A stretch of 64,000 bases of DNA from an uncultured delta proteobacterium (GTDB lineage Bacteria > Desulfobacterota > Binatia > UBA9968): assembly GCA_963840855.1 (NCBI GenBank), contig CAWJBB010000041.1, positions 224,001 to 288,000 of the forward strand, in the 5' to 3' direction. The position numbers and the translations under genes are program-made. This document shows, in pieces, positions 18,994-29,772 of this stretch; positions within the stretch are counted from its first letter, which is position 1; every line of letters starts with the position of its first letter. The notes under the pieces were generated by a model. That model made no database searches. It saw only the letters and a program-made list of their open reading frames with translations, and was not told the DNA's origin.

Positions 18994-21220
18994 AGCCCTC
19001 GTTGGCGAGGGCGATGAGCAACCGTTCGACCCGGGCGCGAATGGCGTCGCGGACGTCGCGGAAAACTTTGAGGATATGTTCCTCGTCGCCGTGCGCTAAC
19101 GCCGGGTCGGGCAAGGTCCAATGATCACGCCTCGCGTCTGCCGGAACAGCAGGGCAGGTCTCCGTCGCGTCGCCGCAAAGCGTGATGAGTAGATCGACGC
19201 TGTCAAGCGGGACTGCGTCTAATCCTTTTGAGCTTTGATTGGAAATATCGATGCCGGCTTCTTTCATCACCTCGACCGCCAGCGGATGGACCGGTTTTGG
19301 CTCCGTTCCCGCGCTGTAGATGCGGTGGCCGTTTACGGCCAGACGGCGCGCGAATCCTTCGGCCATCTGGCTGCGGCAAGAGTTGCCGGTGCAGAGGAAC
19401 AAAATATTTTTGTGATCTGTTTCTTGTTGGACCGCCGGCAATTGAACATGCACCGTGGTGCCCTTTTGCATGACGCTCTCGATCTTAAGTTTGCCCTGGT
19501 GCGCCTGAACGATGTGCTTGACGATGGCGAGACCTAAACCGGTTCCCCCCAGCTCGCGAGAGCGCGCCTTGTCGACGCGGTAAAATCTCTCGGTGAGCCT
19601 GGGAATATCATTTGCGGGGATGCCAGACCCGGTATCGCTCACCGATAATTGAACCATTAACGGCGCGCCAGGAGCGGCCGGCGTCTTCGCAGCTTTCAAC
19701 GCGACCTTGCCGCCAGAGGGCGTGTATTTGACCGCATTATCGATCAAATTGATGAACAGTTGCTGGAGCCGGTCGAAGTCGCCGAGCAGCGGCGGTAATC
19801 CGGGTTCTATTTGTTTGTTGAGTTCGAGATTTTTCGCATTTGCCTGGTTCCAGAAAACCTCCAGCACGCGCTGTGCTAGCTGGGCGATATCCACCGGTCG
19901 CCGCGCCAGCGGCAATTTTCCTGATTCCAAATCGGACAAGGTCAAAAGGTCTTCAGTCAGGCGGCTGAGCCGTTCGGTATTGCGCTCGATGACGCCGAGA
20001 AAATGGCGCATGTCGGCGGGATCCTCTGGCGGAGTTCGGAGCAGCGTTTCGACGTAACCGCGGATGGCGGTGAGTGGCGTGCGTAACTCGTGGGATACGT
20101 TGGCGACTAAGTCCGAACGCACCAACTCCAACCGCTTGATCTCGCTGATGTCGTGAAACACGAGGATCGAACCGCATGCCTCCTGGGCGCCGTCCTTTAG
20201 ACTTACGGCGTTGACGCTGACCCAGCGGCCCTCGTCCAGTTCGACTTCCTTGGAATAGCCCCGGTTGGCGAATTCGACTTCGAGCGCCTCACGCATGACC
20301 GCCAGCATTTCGGGGTGGCGGGAAAGCTCGGCGATGGAGGCGCCCTGGACGTCACGACCGGGTGGGACTTGAAACATCCGTTTCGCCTGCTCGTTGATGA
20401 CCAAAACCCGTCCTTTGGGGTCGAGCACCAGCACGCTCTCGATCATGCAGCGCAGGATCGAGTCCGCCTTTTCCTTTTCGGCGACGATTTGTTGAATGTG
20501 GTCCCGTAGCTTGCGACCCATCTCGTTAAGGTGCCGCTCCAGAAGATTGATTTCATCGCGTCCCGTGGTGGAGAAAAAATCATGGGGAATCGTGCCACCG
20601 GCGACCTGGCGCGAGAATTCCACCAGCCGCCCCAAGCGCCGGCCAAAATGGCGGAAAAAGACATAGGCAATCAGCAAGGCGAGGGCGGAGGCAGTGAGCA
20701 AACCCATTAACAAAGCGCGCCCCAGCGCGCTCGTCCGTTTTTCTATATCGGCCAGGGGAAAGGCAAGCCGGACGATTCTCTTTCGGCTTCCTTCGTTTTG
20801 AAGAATTGCGCGATAGAAGAGATCGTAGCCGACGGTGGTGCTGTGGCGTATCGCGGAGCCACTTCCCTTGGCCAGCGCATCGACGATTTCGGGCCGCCCG
20901 GCATGGTTCTCCATGGCTTCGGCAGGTTCGGCGGAATCGCCGAGCACTTGGCCGTCCAGGGCGATGATCGTTATGCGCGCGCCTAATTCGTCGGACAGGC
21001 TCCGGGTGAGGACATCTAGCGGGGCGCCCTCCAGTTCGAAGGGCAGAGCTTTGGCGAGCAGGCGCGATTCACGCTCCATGCGCGCCCCCAGCGAGGAGAT
21101 ATAAAGGTCTTTAACAAGCGCCTCTGAATAGAAGTAAAAGCTCGCGAACAGCAGCGCGATGATGGCGAGATAGCTAAGGAAGAACTTGAATATGAGGCTA
21201 CTGTTCCAGAGCCTTTTCAT
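18989..21220 (-). CDS. phoR: Phosphate sensor kinase PhoR fused to C-terminal ArsC/LMW-PTP domain
   Basis: TM-periplasmic-TM-HAMP-PAS, then HisKA (SHELRTPL) and HATPase (RFYRVDKARSR), continuing in frame into ILFLCTGNSCRSQMAE...LCGDATETCP...DP. Confidence 0.92.
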   Translation of the reverse strand: MKRLWNSSLIFKFFLSYLAIIALLFASFYFYSEALVKDLYISSLGARMERESRLLAKALPFELEGAPLDVLTRSLSDELGARITIIALDGQVLGDSAEPAEAMENHAGRPEIVDALAKGSGSAIRHSTTVGYDLFYRAILQNEGSRKRIVRLAFPLADIEKRTSALGRALLMGLLTASALALLIAYVFFRHFGRRLGRLVEFSRQVAGGTIPHDFFSTTGRDEINLLERHLNEMGRKLRDHIQQIVAEKEKADSILRCMIESVLVLDPKGRVLVINEQAKRMFQVPPGRDVQGASIAELSRHPEMLAVMREALEVEFANRGYSKEVELDEGRWVSVNAVSLKDGAQEACGSILVFHDISEIKRLELVRSDLVANVSHELRTPLTAIRGYVETLLRTPPEDPADMRHFLGVIERNTERLSRLTEDLLTLSDLESGKLPLARRPVDIAQLAQRVLEVFWNQANAKNLELNKQIEPGLPPLLGDFDRLQQLFINLIDNAVKYTPSGGKVALKAAKTPAAPGAPLMVQLSVSDTGSGIPANDIPRLTERFYRVDKARSRELGGTGLGLAIVKHIVQAHQGKLKIESVMQKGTTVHVQLPAVQQETDHKNILFLCTGNSCRSQMAEGFARRLAVNGHRIYSAGTEPKPVHPLAVEVMKEAGIDISNQSSKGLDAVPLDSVDLLITLCGDATETCPAVPADARRDHWTLPDPALAHGDEEHILKVFRDVRDAIRARVERLLIALANEGS

Positions 21221-21911
21221 CGAATTTGTAGCCCACCCCTCGGAGGGTTAAAATCCATTTGGGATGGCTGTCGTCCTTTTCGATCGCCTTTCGCAAGCGC
21301 CGGATATGAACGTCGACGGTCCGGGGCGTCACGTAGGTCTCGCCACCCCAAACCCGGTCGAGCAGTTGGTCGCGGCTCAGCACCCGGTTGGGATTTTGCG
21401 CCAGAAAGCGCAATAGTTCAAACTCCTTGAGCGTTAGCTTGATGGTTTTTCCTCGGGCGAAAACCTCGTAGGTCGTGAAATCGATGCGCAGCGGCCCTTT
21501 TTCGTACGACGGCGGGCTATCCGCGGCGGCAGCGCTTTCTGACCTCCTGAGTATCGCGCGCACCCGCGCCACCATTTCACGCGGGCTGAAGGGTTTCGCC
21601 AGGTAGTCGTCTGCGCCCATCTCCAAGCCGATGACTTTGTCGGCCTCGCCAGCCTTGGCGGTGAGCATCAGGATCGGCAGGTGCGCCGTGTCTTGGCGGT
21701 CGCGCAAGAGCTTGCAAAGCTCCATTCCGGACATACCGGGAAGCATGAGATCGAGAATTATCAGATTCGGTCTGGCGCGCTGGAGTAGTTTTAGAGCTTG
21801 CTCGCTATCTTCGGCCTCGATCACTTTGTAGCGCTCTTGGACGAGATTGTATTGGAGGAGTTTGCGAATATCGGGCTCGTCTTCGACGACGAGAATCGTT
21901 GGATTGGCCAT
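21198..21911 (-). CDS. phoB: Phosphate regulon response regulator
   Basis: REC domain plus OmpR wHTH (RTVDVHIRRLR); lies between phoU and phoR. Confidence 0.93.
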   Translation of the reverse strand: MANPTILVVEDEPDIRKLLQYNLVQERYKVIEAEDSEQALKLLQRARPNLIILDLMLPGMSGMELCKLLRDRQDTAHLPILMLTAKAGEADKVIGLEMGADDYLAKPFSPREMVARVRAILRRSESAAAADSPPSYEKGPLRIDFTTYEVFARGKTIKLTLKEFELLRFLAQNPNRVLSRDQLLDRVWGGETYVTPRTVDVHIRRLRKAIEKDDSHPKWILTLRGVGYKFDEKALEQ

Positions 21912-21920
21912 ATGTGAAAA

Positions 21921-22613
21921 CTAAACGGTGGGCGGAAGCTCCTTGAGATGGCGAATGCTTTTACCCTTGACCATGAAAATGACCATTTCGGCGATATTCG
22001 TCGCGTGATCGGCGATGCGCTCGAGGTACTTCGAGATCGAGCTGATCTTGATCGCCCGGTTGATGGTGTGCGGGTCGTCGATCATGAAGGTCACCACTTC
22101 GCGAAAGATCTGACTGTTCAATTGATCGACCTCTTCGTCGTCCTTGCAGACTTTGAGCGCCAGATCGGTGTCCTCGCGCACGAAAGCATCGAGGCTCTCG
22201 CGTATCATCCGCTGCGCTACGCGCGCCATGCGCGGGATGTCGATGTAGGGTTTCAACTGCGGTTCCTGGTTCAGCTCCAGGGCGCGCTCGCAGATATTCA
22301 CCGCCATATCGCCGATACGCTCGAGATCGGTCGTAATCTTGAGTCCGGTGGTGATGAATCGGAGATCCCGTCCGGCCGGTTGATGCAAAGCCAGAAGGCG
22401 GACACATATATCGTCAATATCGACGTCGAGACGGTTCACTTCGTGATCCCGCTCGATAATCAGTTCGGCCAGCTTCGAATCCCGCTCGACCAGAGACTTG
22501 ATCGACTTCTGAATCTGGTCTTCGACCATCCCGCCCATGTAGAGGATCTCTTCCCGAAGCTTCTTAAGTTCTTCTTCGTATCTTTTATCGGTATGTTCCA
22601 TTGACGTGGACAT
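21921..22613 (-). CDS. phoU: Phosphate signalling protein PhoU
   Basis: QPAGRDLR, DLERIGD and LERIADHATNIAE. Confidence 0.97.
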   Translation of the reverse strand: MSTSMEHTDKRYEEELKKLREEILYMGGMVEDQIQKSIKSLVERDSKLAELIIERDHEVNRLDVDIDDICVRLLALHQPAGRDLRFITTGLKITTDLERIGDMAVNICERALELNQEPQLKPYIDIPRMARVAQRMIRESLDAFVREDTDLALKVCKDDEEVDQLNSQIFREVVTFMIDDPHTINRAIKISSISKYLERIADHATNIAEMVIFMVKGKSIRHLKELPPTV

Positions 22614-22624
22614 GAGGTTTCTCC

Positions 22625-23503
22625 TTAACCGAAACGACCGGTGATGTAGTCTTCGGTTTGGCGCTTCTCCGGCGCGGTGAAAAGGGTTCCGGTCTCTCCG
22701 AATTCTATCAATTCGCCGAGATAGAAAAAAGCCGTATAGTCCGAGACCCGGGCGGCCTGCTGCATGTTATGGGTCACGATGACGATGGTGAAAGTGTTCT
22801 TGAGTTCATGGATCAATTCTTCGATCTTGGCGGTGGAAATCGGGTCGAGGGCGGAACAGGGCTCGTCCATGAGCAATACTTCGGGTTCAACGGCAAGAGC
22901 CCGGGCAATACAAAGGCGCTGCTGCTGCCCGCCGGACAAATCAACCGCGCTCTTGTGCAGGTTGTCTTTGACCTCGTCCCATATGGCGGCGCGGCGCAAG
23001 TTCTTTTCGACGACTTCGTCGAGGTAGCTTCGGTTATTCACGCCGACGATGCGCAATCCATAAACGATGTTCTCGTAGATACTCTTGGGGAAGGGGTTCC
23101 ATTTCTGAAAAATCATGCCGACGCGGCGGCGCAGATTGATGACATCCATGGACGGGTCGTAGATGTTTTTGCCGTCAAGGTTGATACTGCCGGTAACGCG
23201 GGTATTGAGCACGAGATCGTTCATGCGATTCAGGCAGCGCAGCAGGGTGGTCTTACCGCAACCGGAGGGACCGATGAAGGCGGTCGATTTCTTCTCGCCA
23301 ATCTCCAAATTGATGGATTTTAGCGCATGCTTCTCGCCATAGTAAAAATCGACGTTTTCAACGCTGAAAATATTCCTAACCGGCTCGCCGACTTTGGTTT
23401 TGATGACCGACGTGTCCATGGGTTTAATAGAAGGCCGGCTTGCAATGACGTCTGCCGCTGATTCGTGTACGCTCATCTTACCTCCATTAGGTATATTTGT
23501 CAT
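22625..23503 (-). CDS. pstB: Phosphate ABC transporter ATPase
   Basis: [31 protein letters not shown]. Confidence 0.97.
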   Translation of the reverse strand: MTNIPNGGKMSVHESAADVIASRPSIKPMDTSVIKTKVGEPVRNIFSVENVDFYYGEKHALKSINLEIGEKKSTAFIGPSGCGKTTLLRCLNRMNDLVLNTRVTGSINLDGKNIYDPSMDVINLRRRVGMIFQKWNPFPKSIYENIVYGLRIVGVNNRSYLDEVVEKNLRRAAIWDEVKDNLHKSAVDLSGGQQQRLCIARALAVEPEVLLMDEPCSALDPISTAKIEELIHELKNTFTIVIVTHNMQQAARVSDYTAFFYLGELIEFGETGTLFTAPEKRQTEDYITGRFG

Positions 23504-23518
23504 TGGAGATCCTTGGCG

Positions 23519-24443
23519 CTACCATTTGATGCGTTTTCGGAAACGATAGCGGAAATAGATCGCGATACCGTTCATCACCAAGGTCATAACCATCAGCACC
23601 AAGCCCGTGGCCGCCGCGTTGAGGTGGAATTCGGCTTGGGGCCGCGAAACCCAGTTAAACATTTGAATTGGCATAACTGAAAATGGCGACCACAGCCATT
23701 CAAAAGAGATAAAAGGAAACTCGGCTTTGATCGGAGCGTCGGGCAGGAATGCGATAAAAGTAAGGGCGCCGATGGTGATCAGCGGCGCGGTTTCCCCGAT
23801 GGCGCGCGAGAAGCCCGATAATGACGCCGGTCAAGATGCCGCCCATCGAATAGGGCAACACATGATCGCTGGTGGTTTGCCATTTGGTCGCGCCGAGGGC
23901 GTAAGCTGCTTCTCTCATGCTGCCGGGAACGGCGCGGATGGATTCGCGGGTGGCGACGATGACGATCGGCAAAATCAGCAGCGCCAAGCGTGAGCCCCGC
24001 TGAGAGCACGCTCTGTCCGAATCTGAACTGATAAACAAACAATCCCAGTGCCATCAAGCCGTAAACAATGGACGGCACGCCCGCCAGGTTGGCGATATTG
24101 ATTTCGATGATCGCGGTGAACCAGTTTTTCGGAGCGTATTCCTCCAGGTAAACGCCGGCGCCGACGCCGATTGGAATAGCCGCCAGGGCGGTCACGATCA
24201 TGACGAGAATCGTGCCCACCCAGGAGGAGAGAATGCCCGCTTGGCCGGCAAAACGGGACGGAAACGACGTAAAGAAATGCGGCTGCAGACGCGCCAGCCC
24301 GTCGATGGCGAGGTCAGAAAGCAAGGTGGCCAAGGTGAGCATACCGATGAGGGTCGAGATCAAGCCGACACGGCAAATAGCTTGTCCCGATTCTTATTGC
24401 CGGCGACGCTTTTTTCAATGTCGGATGGAGACGGCTTCTGCAT
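23519..24443 (-). CDS. pstA: Phosphate ABC permease PstA (several frameshifts)
   Basis: [11 protein letters not shown] and [13 protein letters not shown] segments in different frames. Confidence 0.88.
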
Positions 24444-24444
24444 A

Positions 24445-25401
24445 TCAGTAAATCTCCCTGAAGCGCTTTCGAAGCAAGTAACCGCCGATGTTGAAAATCA
24501 GAGTCATGCACATCAAGGTCAAACCCGCGGCAAAAATACTTTGATAGGCGATGCTGCCGTGGGGCAAATCGCCCAAGCTCACTTGCACGATATAGGCAGT
24601 GATCGTCGCGGCGCCTTCCATCGGATTCAGCGTCAGATTGGGCTGGGTGCCGGCAGCGAGGGCAACCACCATGGTTTCGCCGACCGCCCGGGAGAACCCC
24701 AGCACGTAGGCGGAGGCGATGCCGGAAAATGCCGCGGGCACCAGCACGCGAAGCGCCGTCTGCAGCCGCGTCGCGCCCATGGCATAGGAGCCTTCGCGAA
24801 TATGCACCGGGACGGCCTTCATCGCGTCTTCGCTGAGCGAGCTGACATAGGGATGATCATGATGCCGATGACGATGCCGGCGCTCAGCATGTTGAAGCCC
24901 GGCAGATTCGGGCATACAGACTCTGAAGCAGAGGCGTGATGCAACAGCAGCGCAAAATAGCCGAAAACAACCGTCGGCACAGCGCTCAACAGCTCTAGGA
25001 TCGGTTTCAATACTTCACGAACCGTGGTGTTGGCGTATTCACTCAAATAGATGGCAATGGTAGTTCCCAGCGGCAACGCCACCAGCAGAGCGATCGCCCG
25101 AGGTCACAAGGGTGCCAGTCACCAACGGCAAGATGCCATAGCGCGGGTTCTCGAACAGAACCGTCCACTGCGTGTCGGTGAGAAAATCAATGATCGATAC
25201 GTTCTCAAAAAAATGCCAGGACTCAGAGATCAAGAACCCAGACGATGCCCAGCGGTAATCGCGACTGAGAAAACGAGCACAGAGGAACATGCAACACTCG
25301 ATGACTCGCTCGCGAATCTTTTGGAGAGTTAGCCCGGAGCCACGGGCTTTGACTTGGCTTTGTAAAGCGACATAAGCAGCGTCGGCTTGATTTGTCTTCA
25401 C
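24445..25401 (-). CDS. pstC: Phosphate ABC permease PstC (several frameshifts)
   Basis: [12 protein letters not shown] and SRAVGETM segments in different frames. Confidence 0.88.
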
Positions 25402-25501
25402 ATCGTCTTTTCCTCTCTGACCTGATGTGGATCGGAGCGCTCGGCGGAAACGCGAGACGGGGCGCCGGAGTGCGCCCCGTCGCGTCGATCATTGACACCA
25501 G

Positions 25502-26493
25502 CTAGAGTTTCGGCTCTCGCTTCAGAAGTCTTCGATGGTGACTCCGACTTCCGCGCTTGCCGCCGAATGCCGTTCCGACTTTGCCGCTTTTTCACGTGAC
25601 TCGCGCCCAAGCGTATAGGCTTTATCTGCGGTAGCGGCACGTATTTGACTTCCCTGACCAGCTTCGGAGCGTGCTTGAGATAGTACTCCACAAACTCTTT
25701 AACCTCTGGCTTTGCCAAGGACTTCTTGCTCACATAAATATAGATCGGCCGGGAAAGCGGTTGATAAGTGCCATCGAGCACAGTCTTTTCCGACGGGCCG
25801 ACGGGACCTTTGCCGTTATCGATCGCGACGGCTTTGAGCTTACCCTTGTTCTCAGCATAGTAGGCGAAGCCGAAAAATCCCAAGGCATTGTGGTCGTTCG
25901 CAACGCCTTGAACCAGGACGTTATCATCCTCGCTCGCCGTAAAATCGCCGCGGCTGGATTTCGCTTTCCCAGCGATGGCTTCGGTGAAGTAGTCAAAGGT
26001 TCCGGAGTCGGCTCCGGCGCCGAAGAGCTTCAACGGGCGTCGGGCCAACTGGCTCGAACTTGATTCCATTTAGTGACTTTCCCCTGCGCGGCGGGCTCCC
26101 ACATTTTCTTGAGTTCAGCCACGGTCAGAGATTGAGGACCACTCGTTTTTGGGGTTGACGATTACGGTGAGGGCATCGAAAGCGACCGGCAGTTCGATGT
26201 ATTCAATGCCGGCGCCTTTGCACGCCTCCATCTCCTGTTTCAAGATGGGCCGAGATGCGTTGCTGATATCGGTTTCGCCGCGGCAGAATTTCTTAAAGCC
26301 GCCGCCCGTACCCGCGATACCCACGGTTACCTTGATCTTGCCCTTCTTCGCTTTCTGGAACTCTTCGGCAACGGCCTCGGTGACCGGAAACACCGTGCTC
26401 GAACCGTCGATTTGAATCAATTTGCGCCTGGGCAGCTCGCTCGACAAACACGAAAAGACCGAGCAGGCTGAGAATTAACAATATTTTCTTCAT
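25502..26493 (-). CDS. pstS: Phosphate-binding protein PstS (several frameshifts)
   Basis: Signal peptide [11 protein letters not shown]; [33 protein letters not shown]. Confidence 0.9.
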
Positions 26494-26525
26494 AGTTTCC
26501 TCCTGTTATGAGCTTTAGCGATCTA

Positions 26526-26757
26526 TCATTACGATCTGGTTACAACCATGTTAAACAGCTATTAATTCCCGCATGGGCTTCTGCAACGTGATCTCGGCTT
26601 ATGCTTTCGGGAGGCCATCAGGGTTCGTATTTGCTTGATTTGACGAGAAACTTAGAGGACTTGGGTAAAGCCTGCGTAAAGTCAATGTAAAAAATATGTT
26701 AAGGGCGATGCTGGGCTTGGCTTCGAAGGTTGCTGGTCTGTAACACAAACTTAACAA
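26526..26757. promoter_or_regulatory. Three Pho-box-like arrays in the divergent pstS / tmk-like promoter region
   Basis: 11-bp periodicity: TTA at 26529/26540/26551/26562; GT(A/T)AA at 26665/26676/26687/26698; plus-strand GTAACA 26740 and TTAACA 26751. Confidence 0.75.
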
Positions 26758-26840
26758 TGTAGTGGTTCAGTTCAGACTCTGCCTTTGATAGGTTCACCCG
26801 GCGGGTCGGAACAGCTCAAGCGGAAATACGGAGAAACGCT

Positions 26841-27575
26841 ATGGCCGGCGGCATGAAAATGTACGGCAAGCATCGCTTCCCGGGAAGACTTTTTATCGTC
26901 GAGGGCATCGACGGGTCAGGCAAGAGCACGCAGCTGATGCTGCTGCAAAAATGGCTCGAGTCCGAGGGCTATGTCGTTTACTTCAGCGAATGGAATTCCT
27001 CCCCCCTCGTCCGCGACGTCACCAAGCGCGGCAAGAAAAAGCAGATGCTCACGCCGATGACTTTCAGTCTGATCCACGCCACCGATTTTGCCGACCGCAC
27101 CGAACACGATATCATTCCGCCCCTCAAGGCGGGCGCGGTGGTCTTGGCGGACCGCTATATTTATACCGCCTTCGCCCGCGACGTCGTGCGTGGGGTCAGT
27201 CCCAGTTGGGTGAGAGGGCTGTACGATTTCGCGGTTAAGCCCACCGTGTCGTTCTATTTCCGCGCGCCCTTAGACGTGGCGATGAAGCGGATTCTCGGTG
27301 GGCGGGACGCGATCAAGTATTACGAAGCCGGAATGGATCTCGGACTGAGCGACGACATCGAAGAGTGTTTCGAGCTTTTTCAAGGTAAGATCATCGAGGA
27401 ATATGAAAAAATGGTCGATGAGTTCGGCCTAGTGCCCATCGACGCGACGCGTTCCATTGAAGAGCAGCAAGCCGAAGTGAGACGGATCGTGATGCAGGCG
27501 CTGGAAGGTACCAAGAAAACGAGGATTCGCAAATGGCTCGATTTGGCTTCTTTGGCGAAGGACTCCCGGGCATAG
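26841..27575 (+). CDS. Thymidylate-kinase-fold protein 1 (intact P-loop)
   Basis: VEGIDGSGKST and LADRY; atypical YYEAGMDLG insertion. Confidence 0.88.
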   Translation: MAGGMKMYGKHRFPGRLFIVEGIDGSGKSTQLMLLQKWLESEGYVVYFSEWNSSPLVRDVTKRGKKKQMLTPMTFSLIHATDFADRTEHDIIPPLKAGAVVLADRYIYTAFARDVVRGVSPSWVRGLYDFAVKPTVSFYFRAPLDVAMKRILGGRDAIKYYEAGMDLGLSDDIEECFELFQGKIIEEYEKMVDEFGLVPIDATRSIEEQQAEVRRIVMQALEGTKKTRIRKWLDLASLAKDSRA

Positions 27576-28234
27576 ACCTCGAAGAGCTGAAAGGAAAGCT
27601 CATCGTCCTCGAGGGAACCGACGGGGTGGGGCGGTCGACGCATATCGGCTTATTAAAACAGTGGCTGGAGAACAACGGCCACGCCGTGTTGGACACCGGC
27701 ATGACCCGCTCCCCTTTGGCCGGCAAGCGGCTCAAACAGGCGAAGGAAGGCCACACTCTGGGCGGCATCACGATGAGCCTGTTTTACGCCACCGATTTCG
27801 CCGACCGTCTGGAAAACGAAATCATCCCCGCGTTGCGGGCGGGTTTCATCGTGCTTACGGACCGTTATATTTATTCCCTGATGGCCCGCGCCGTCGTGCG
27901 CGGGGCCGACCCGGAGTGGTTGCGCGAAGTCTACGGTTTCGCGCTCAAGCCGGATGCGATTTTTTATTTGCGCGTCAATATCGACGATCTGGTGACCAGG
28001 GTTTTGCAAAGCACGGGGTTCAATTACTGGGAGTCCGGCATGGATCTCCGTATGGGCGAGGACTTGTACGAGAGCTTCGTGCGTTACCAGCGCTGGCTGC
28101 TCGGCGAGTTCGACAAGATGGTGGAAACCTACGGCTTCGACATCGTCGACGCTTCGGGCACCGTCGAGGAGGTGTTTCCGCGCCTGCGCGACCGTATCCA
28201 GAGGATCGTCGAACGCAACGGCCATGCGCAATGA
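27533..28234 (+). CDS. Thymidylate-kinase-fold protein 2 (P-loop Lys to Arg)
   Basis: LEGTDGVGRST, LTDRY, YWESGMDL; paralog of the upstream gene, overlapping it by 43 bp. Confidence 0.88.
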   Translation: MARFGFFGEGLPGIDLEELKGKLIVLEGTDGVGRSTHIGLLKQWLENNGHAVLDTGMTRSPLAGKRLKQAKEGHTLGGITMSLFYATDFADRLENEIIPALRAGFIVLTDRYIYSLMARAVVRGADPEWLREVYGFALKPDAIFYLRVNIDDLVTRVLQSTGFNYWESGMDLRMGEDLYESFVRYQRWLLGEFDKMVETYGFDIVDASGTVEEVFPRLRDRIQRIVERNGHAQ

Positions 28235-28237
28235 TTC

Positions 28238-29206
28238 TTAGTCTTGCCCCACCGCTTCCACCGGATTTTCATCCCCCGCGATTGTGAATTCGGTTTCACC
28301 GAACGCGCGCGAGGTTTTTTCCGCGTGTTTCACCAGGCCGTCGATGCTGGCATTGGCGCGGCGCTGTTCACGCTCCATTTCCACGAGCAACGCCCGCGCC
28401 AGGCCAGGATGGGTGGCTAAGAAATCTTTTCGGCTCAGAAACTCCGCGCAGGTGTCCAAGAGAACCTGGCGGTCGTGCCACGAGCCTAATTGATCCTGCA
28501 GCAAGCGCAAGGATTTCACCCGCGCTTTTGCTGGCCCGTCGCCTAACTCGGCGAGAAGCTCGACCCGGTAGCGCAGCCGCTTGCCGGCGATGCGCAGCGC
28601 GTGCACTTCCTTCGGCTCTGGCCGCGCTTTGGCCGTGGCGATGGCATCCCGCCAATCGGCCAGCGCCCCGGCCACGCTCTTTTTCAGGCTGTCCTCCAGC
28701 GCTTCAGCGCCGCTGTCAATTAGGACGCGCGCGCGGTCGGCGAAGTTCACGAGGTCGAAGCCGCGGAGCTTTTCCCGGCTGCGCTCGACGGCACGGGCGC
28801 GCCGGTTCCCGAGCTGGGCTCGCAGCTGGTCCCAGGCATCCCGCACCACGGGATTACTGGCAGCAGCGATTTTTTCTTGCACCAGTTCGGTCATGACATC
28901 CAGATTGCGCGGCCGACCCAGGATCTTGCGGATACTGCGCAACGCGCGCATGAGCTTGCGCGGCTTATTTTTTTTCGTGGATTGCGACGCGAGCATGCTG
29001 AGAATCTGCTGCAAGCGCCGGCTCCATACCCGCACATCGTGAATCATTTTAGCATCGTCGGTCACAATGACACGGGGCATGAGAGCGGCGAATTTTTCCA
29101 GCCGTTTGCGGCCCAACGCGGATAATTTCCCGTTCGTCGCGGTTGGCGGCGGGTCCGCTGAGTTTGCTTCGTCTGTTGTTGAGTTCGGGGAAGTCGCGGC
29201 ATTCAT
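28238..29206 (-). CDS. CHAD domain (polyphosphate-binding) protein
   Basis: IHDVRVWSRRL, LG..RNLDV, HALRIAGKRLRY and LQDQLG.WHD repeats. Confidence 0.92.
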   Translation of the reverse strand: MNAATSPNSTTDEANSADPPPTATNGKLSALGRKRLEKFAALMPRVIVTDDAKMIHDVRVWSRRLQQILSMLASQSTKKNKPRKLMRALRSIRKILGRPRNLDVMTELVQEKIAAASNPVVRDAWDQLRAQLGNRRARAVERSREKLRGFDLVNFADRARVLIDSGAEALEDSLKKSVAGALADWRDAIATAKARPEPKEVHALRIAGKRLRYRVELLAELGDGPAKARVKSLRLLQDQLGSWHDRQVLLDTCAEFLSRKDFLATHPGLARALLVEMEREQRRANASIDGLVKHAEKTSRAFGETEFTIAGDENPVEAVGQD

Positions 29207-29211
29207 AAAGG

Positions 29212-29730
29212 TCACGATTTGGCGCCGCGTGTGCCCAGGAAACGGAGCTGTTTCGGCGCCAGCAAGGCGCGGAGCGTCCCAGGACTGCGGGGTGGCAAGG
29301 AATCGATCTCGATGTGGCAAAGACCGCCCTTTTTGAGAGCGATCTCGAGGGCGACCGTTTTCTTGCCCGTGACAAGGAAAGCCGCGGTGCCGCTTAGCAA
29401 CGGCTCATGTCCCACAAGTAGCAGGTGCTTGCAGTGTTGGTAGTCGCTCAGGCTGGCGAGCAATTCCTCCACCGAGCAGTTCGGTTGGAGCCCCTCCACC
29501 ACCGTCAATTGGGATTCTAGACCCAGCGCCTCGGCGACGATGTCGGCGGTCTGGCGCGCCCGCGCTAGGGGACTCGTCAAAATGGCGTCGAAGTCGAGGC
29601 CGAGACGGCGCAAGCCGCGCACCGCCTTGCGCATTCTTTTAGTACCTTTTGCCGTGAGCGGCCGCTCGCCGTCCGGTGCCGTTTCTTCGGCACTTACCGC
29701 GATGCCGTGACGCAAGAGATATATGTTCAT
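29212..29730 (-). CDS. sixA: Phosphohistidine phosphatase SixA
   Basis: LLRHG, RPLT..G, SPLARARQTA, LVGHEP. Confidence 0.92.
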   Translation of the reverse strand: MNIYLLRHGIAVSAEETAPDGERPLTAKGTKRMRKAVRGLRRLGLDFDAILTSPLARARQTADIVAEALGLESQLTVVEGLQPNCSVEELLASLSDYQHCKHLLLVGHEPLLSGTAAFLVTGKKTVALEIALKKGGLCHIEIDSLPPRSPGTLRALLAPKQLRFLGTRGAKS

Positions 29731-29772
29731 GGTTCGTCTTACCCGGCGCGGTGGTGGCACCCCAGACGCGGA

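Noticed and set aside
26841-28234. Housekeeping tmk gene symbol
   Set aside because: The tandem divergent pair, altered P-loop in one copy, atypical insertion and Pho/polyP context argue against canonical dTMP kinase.
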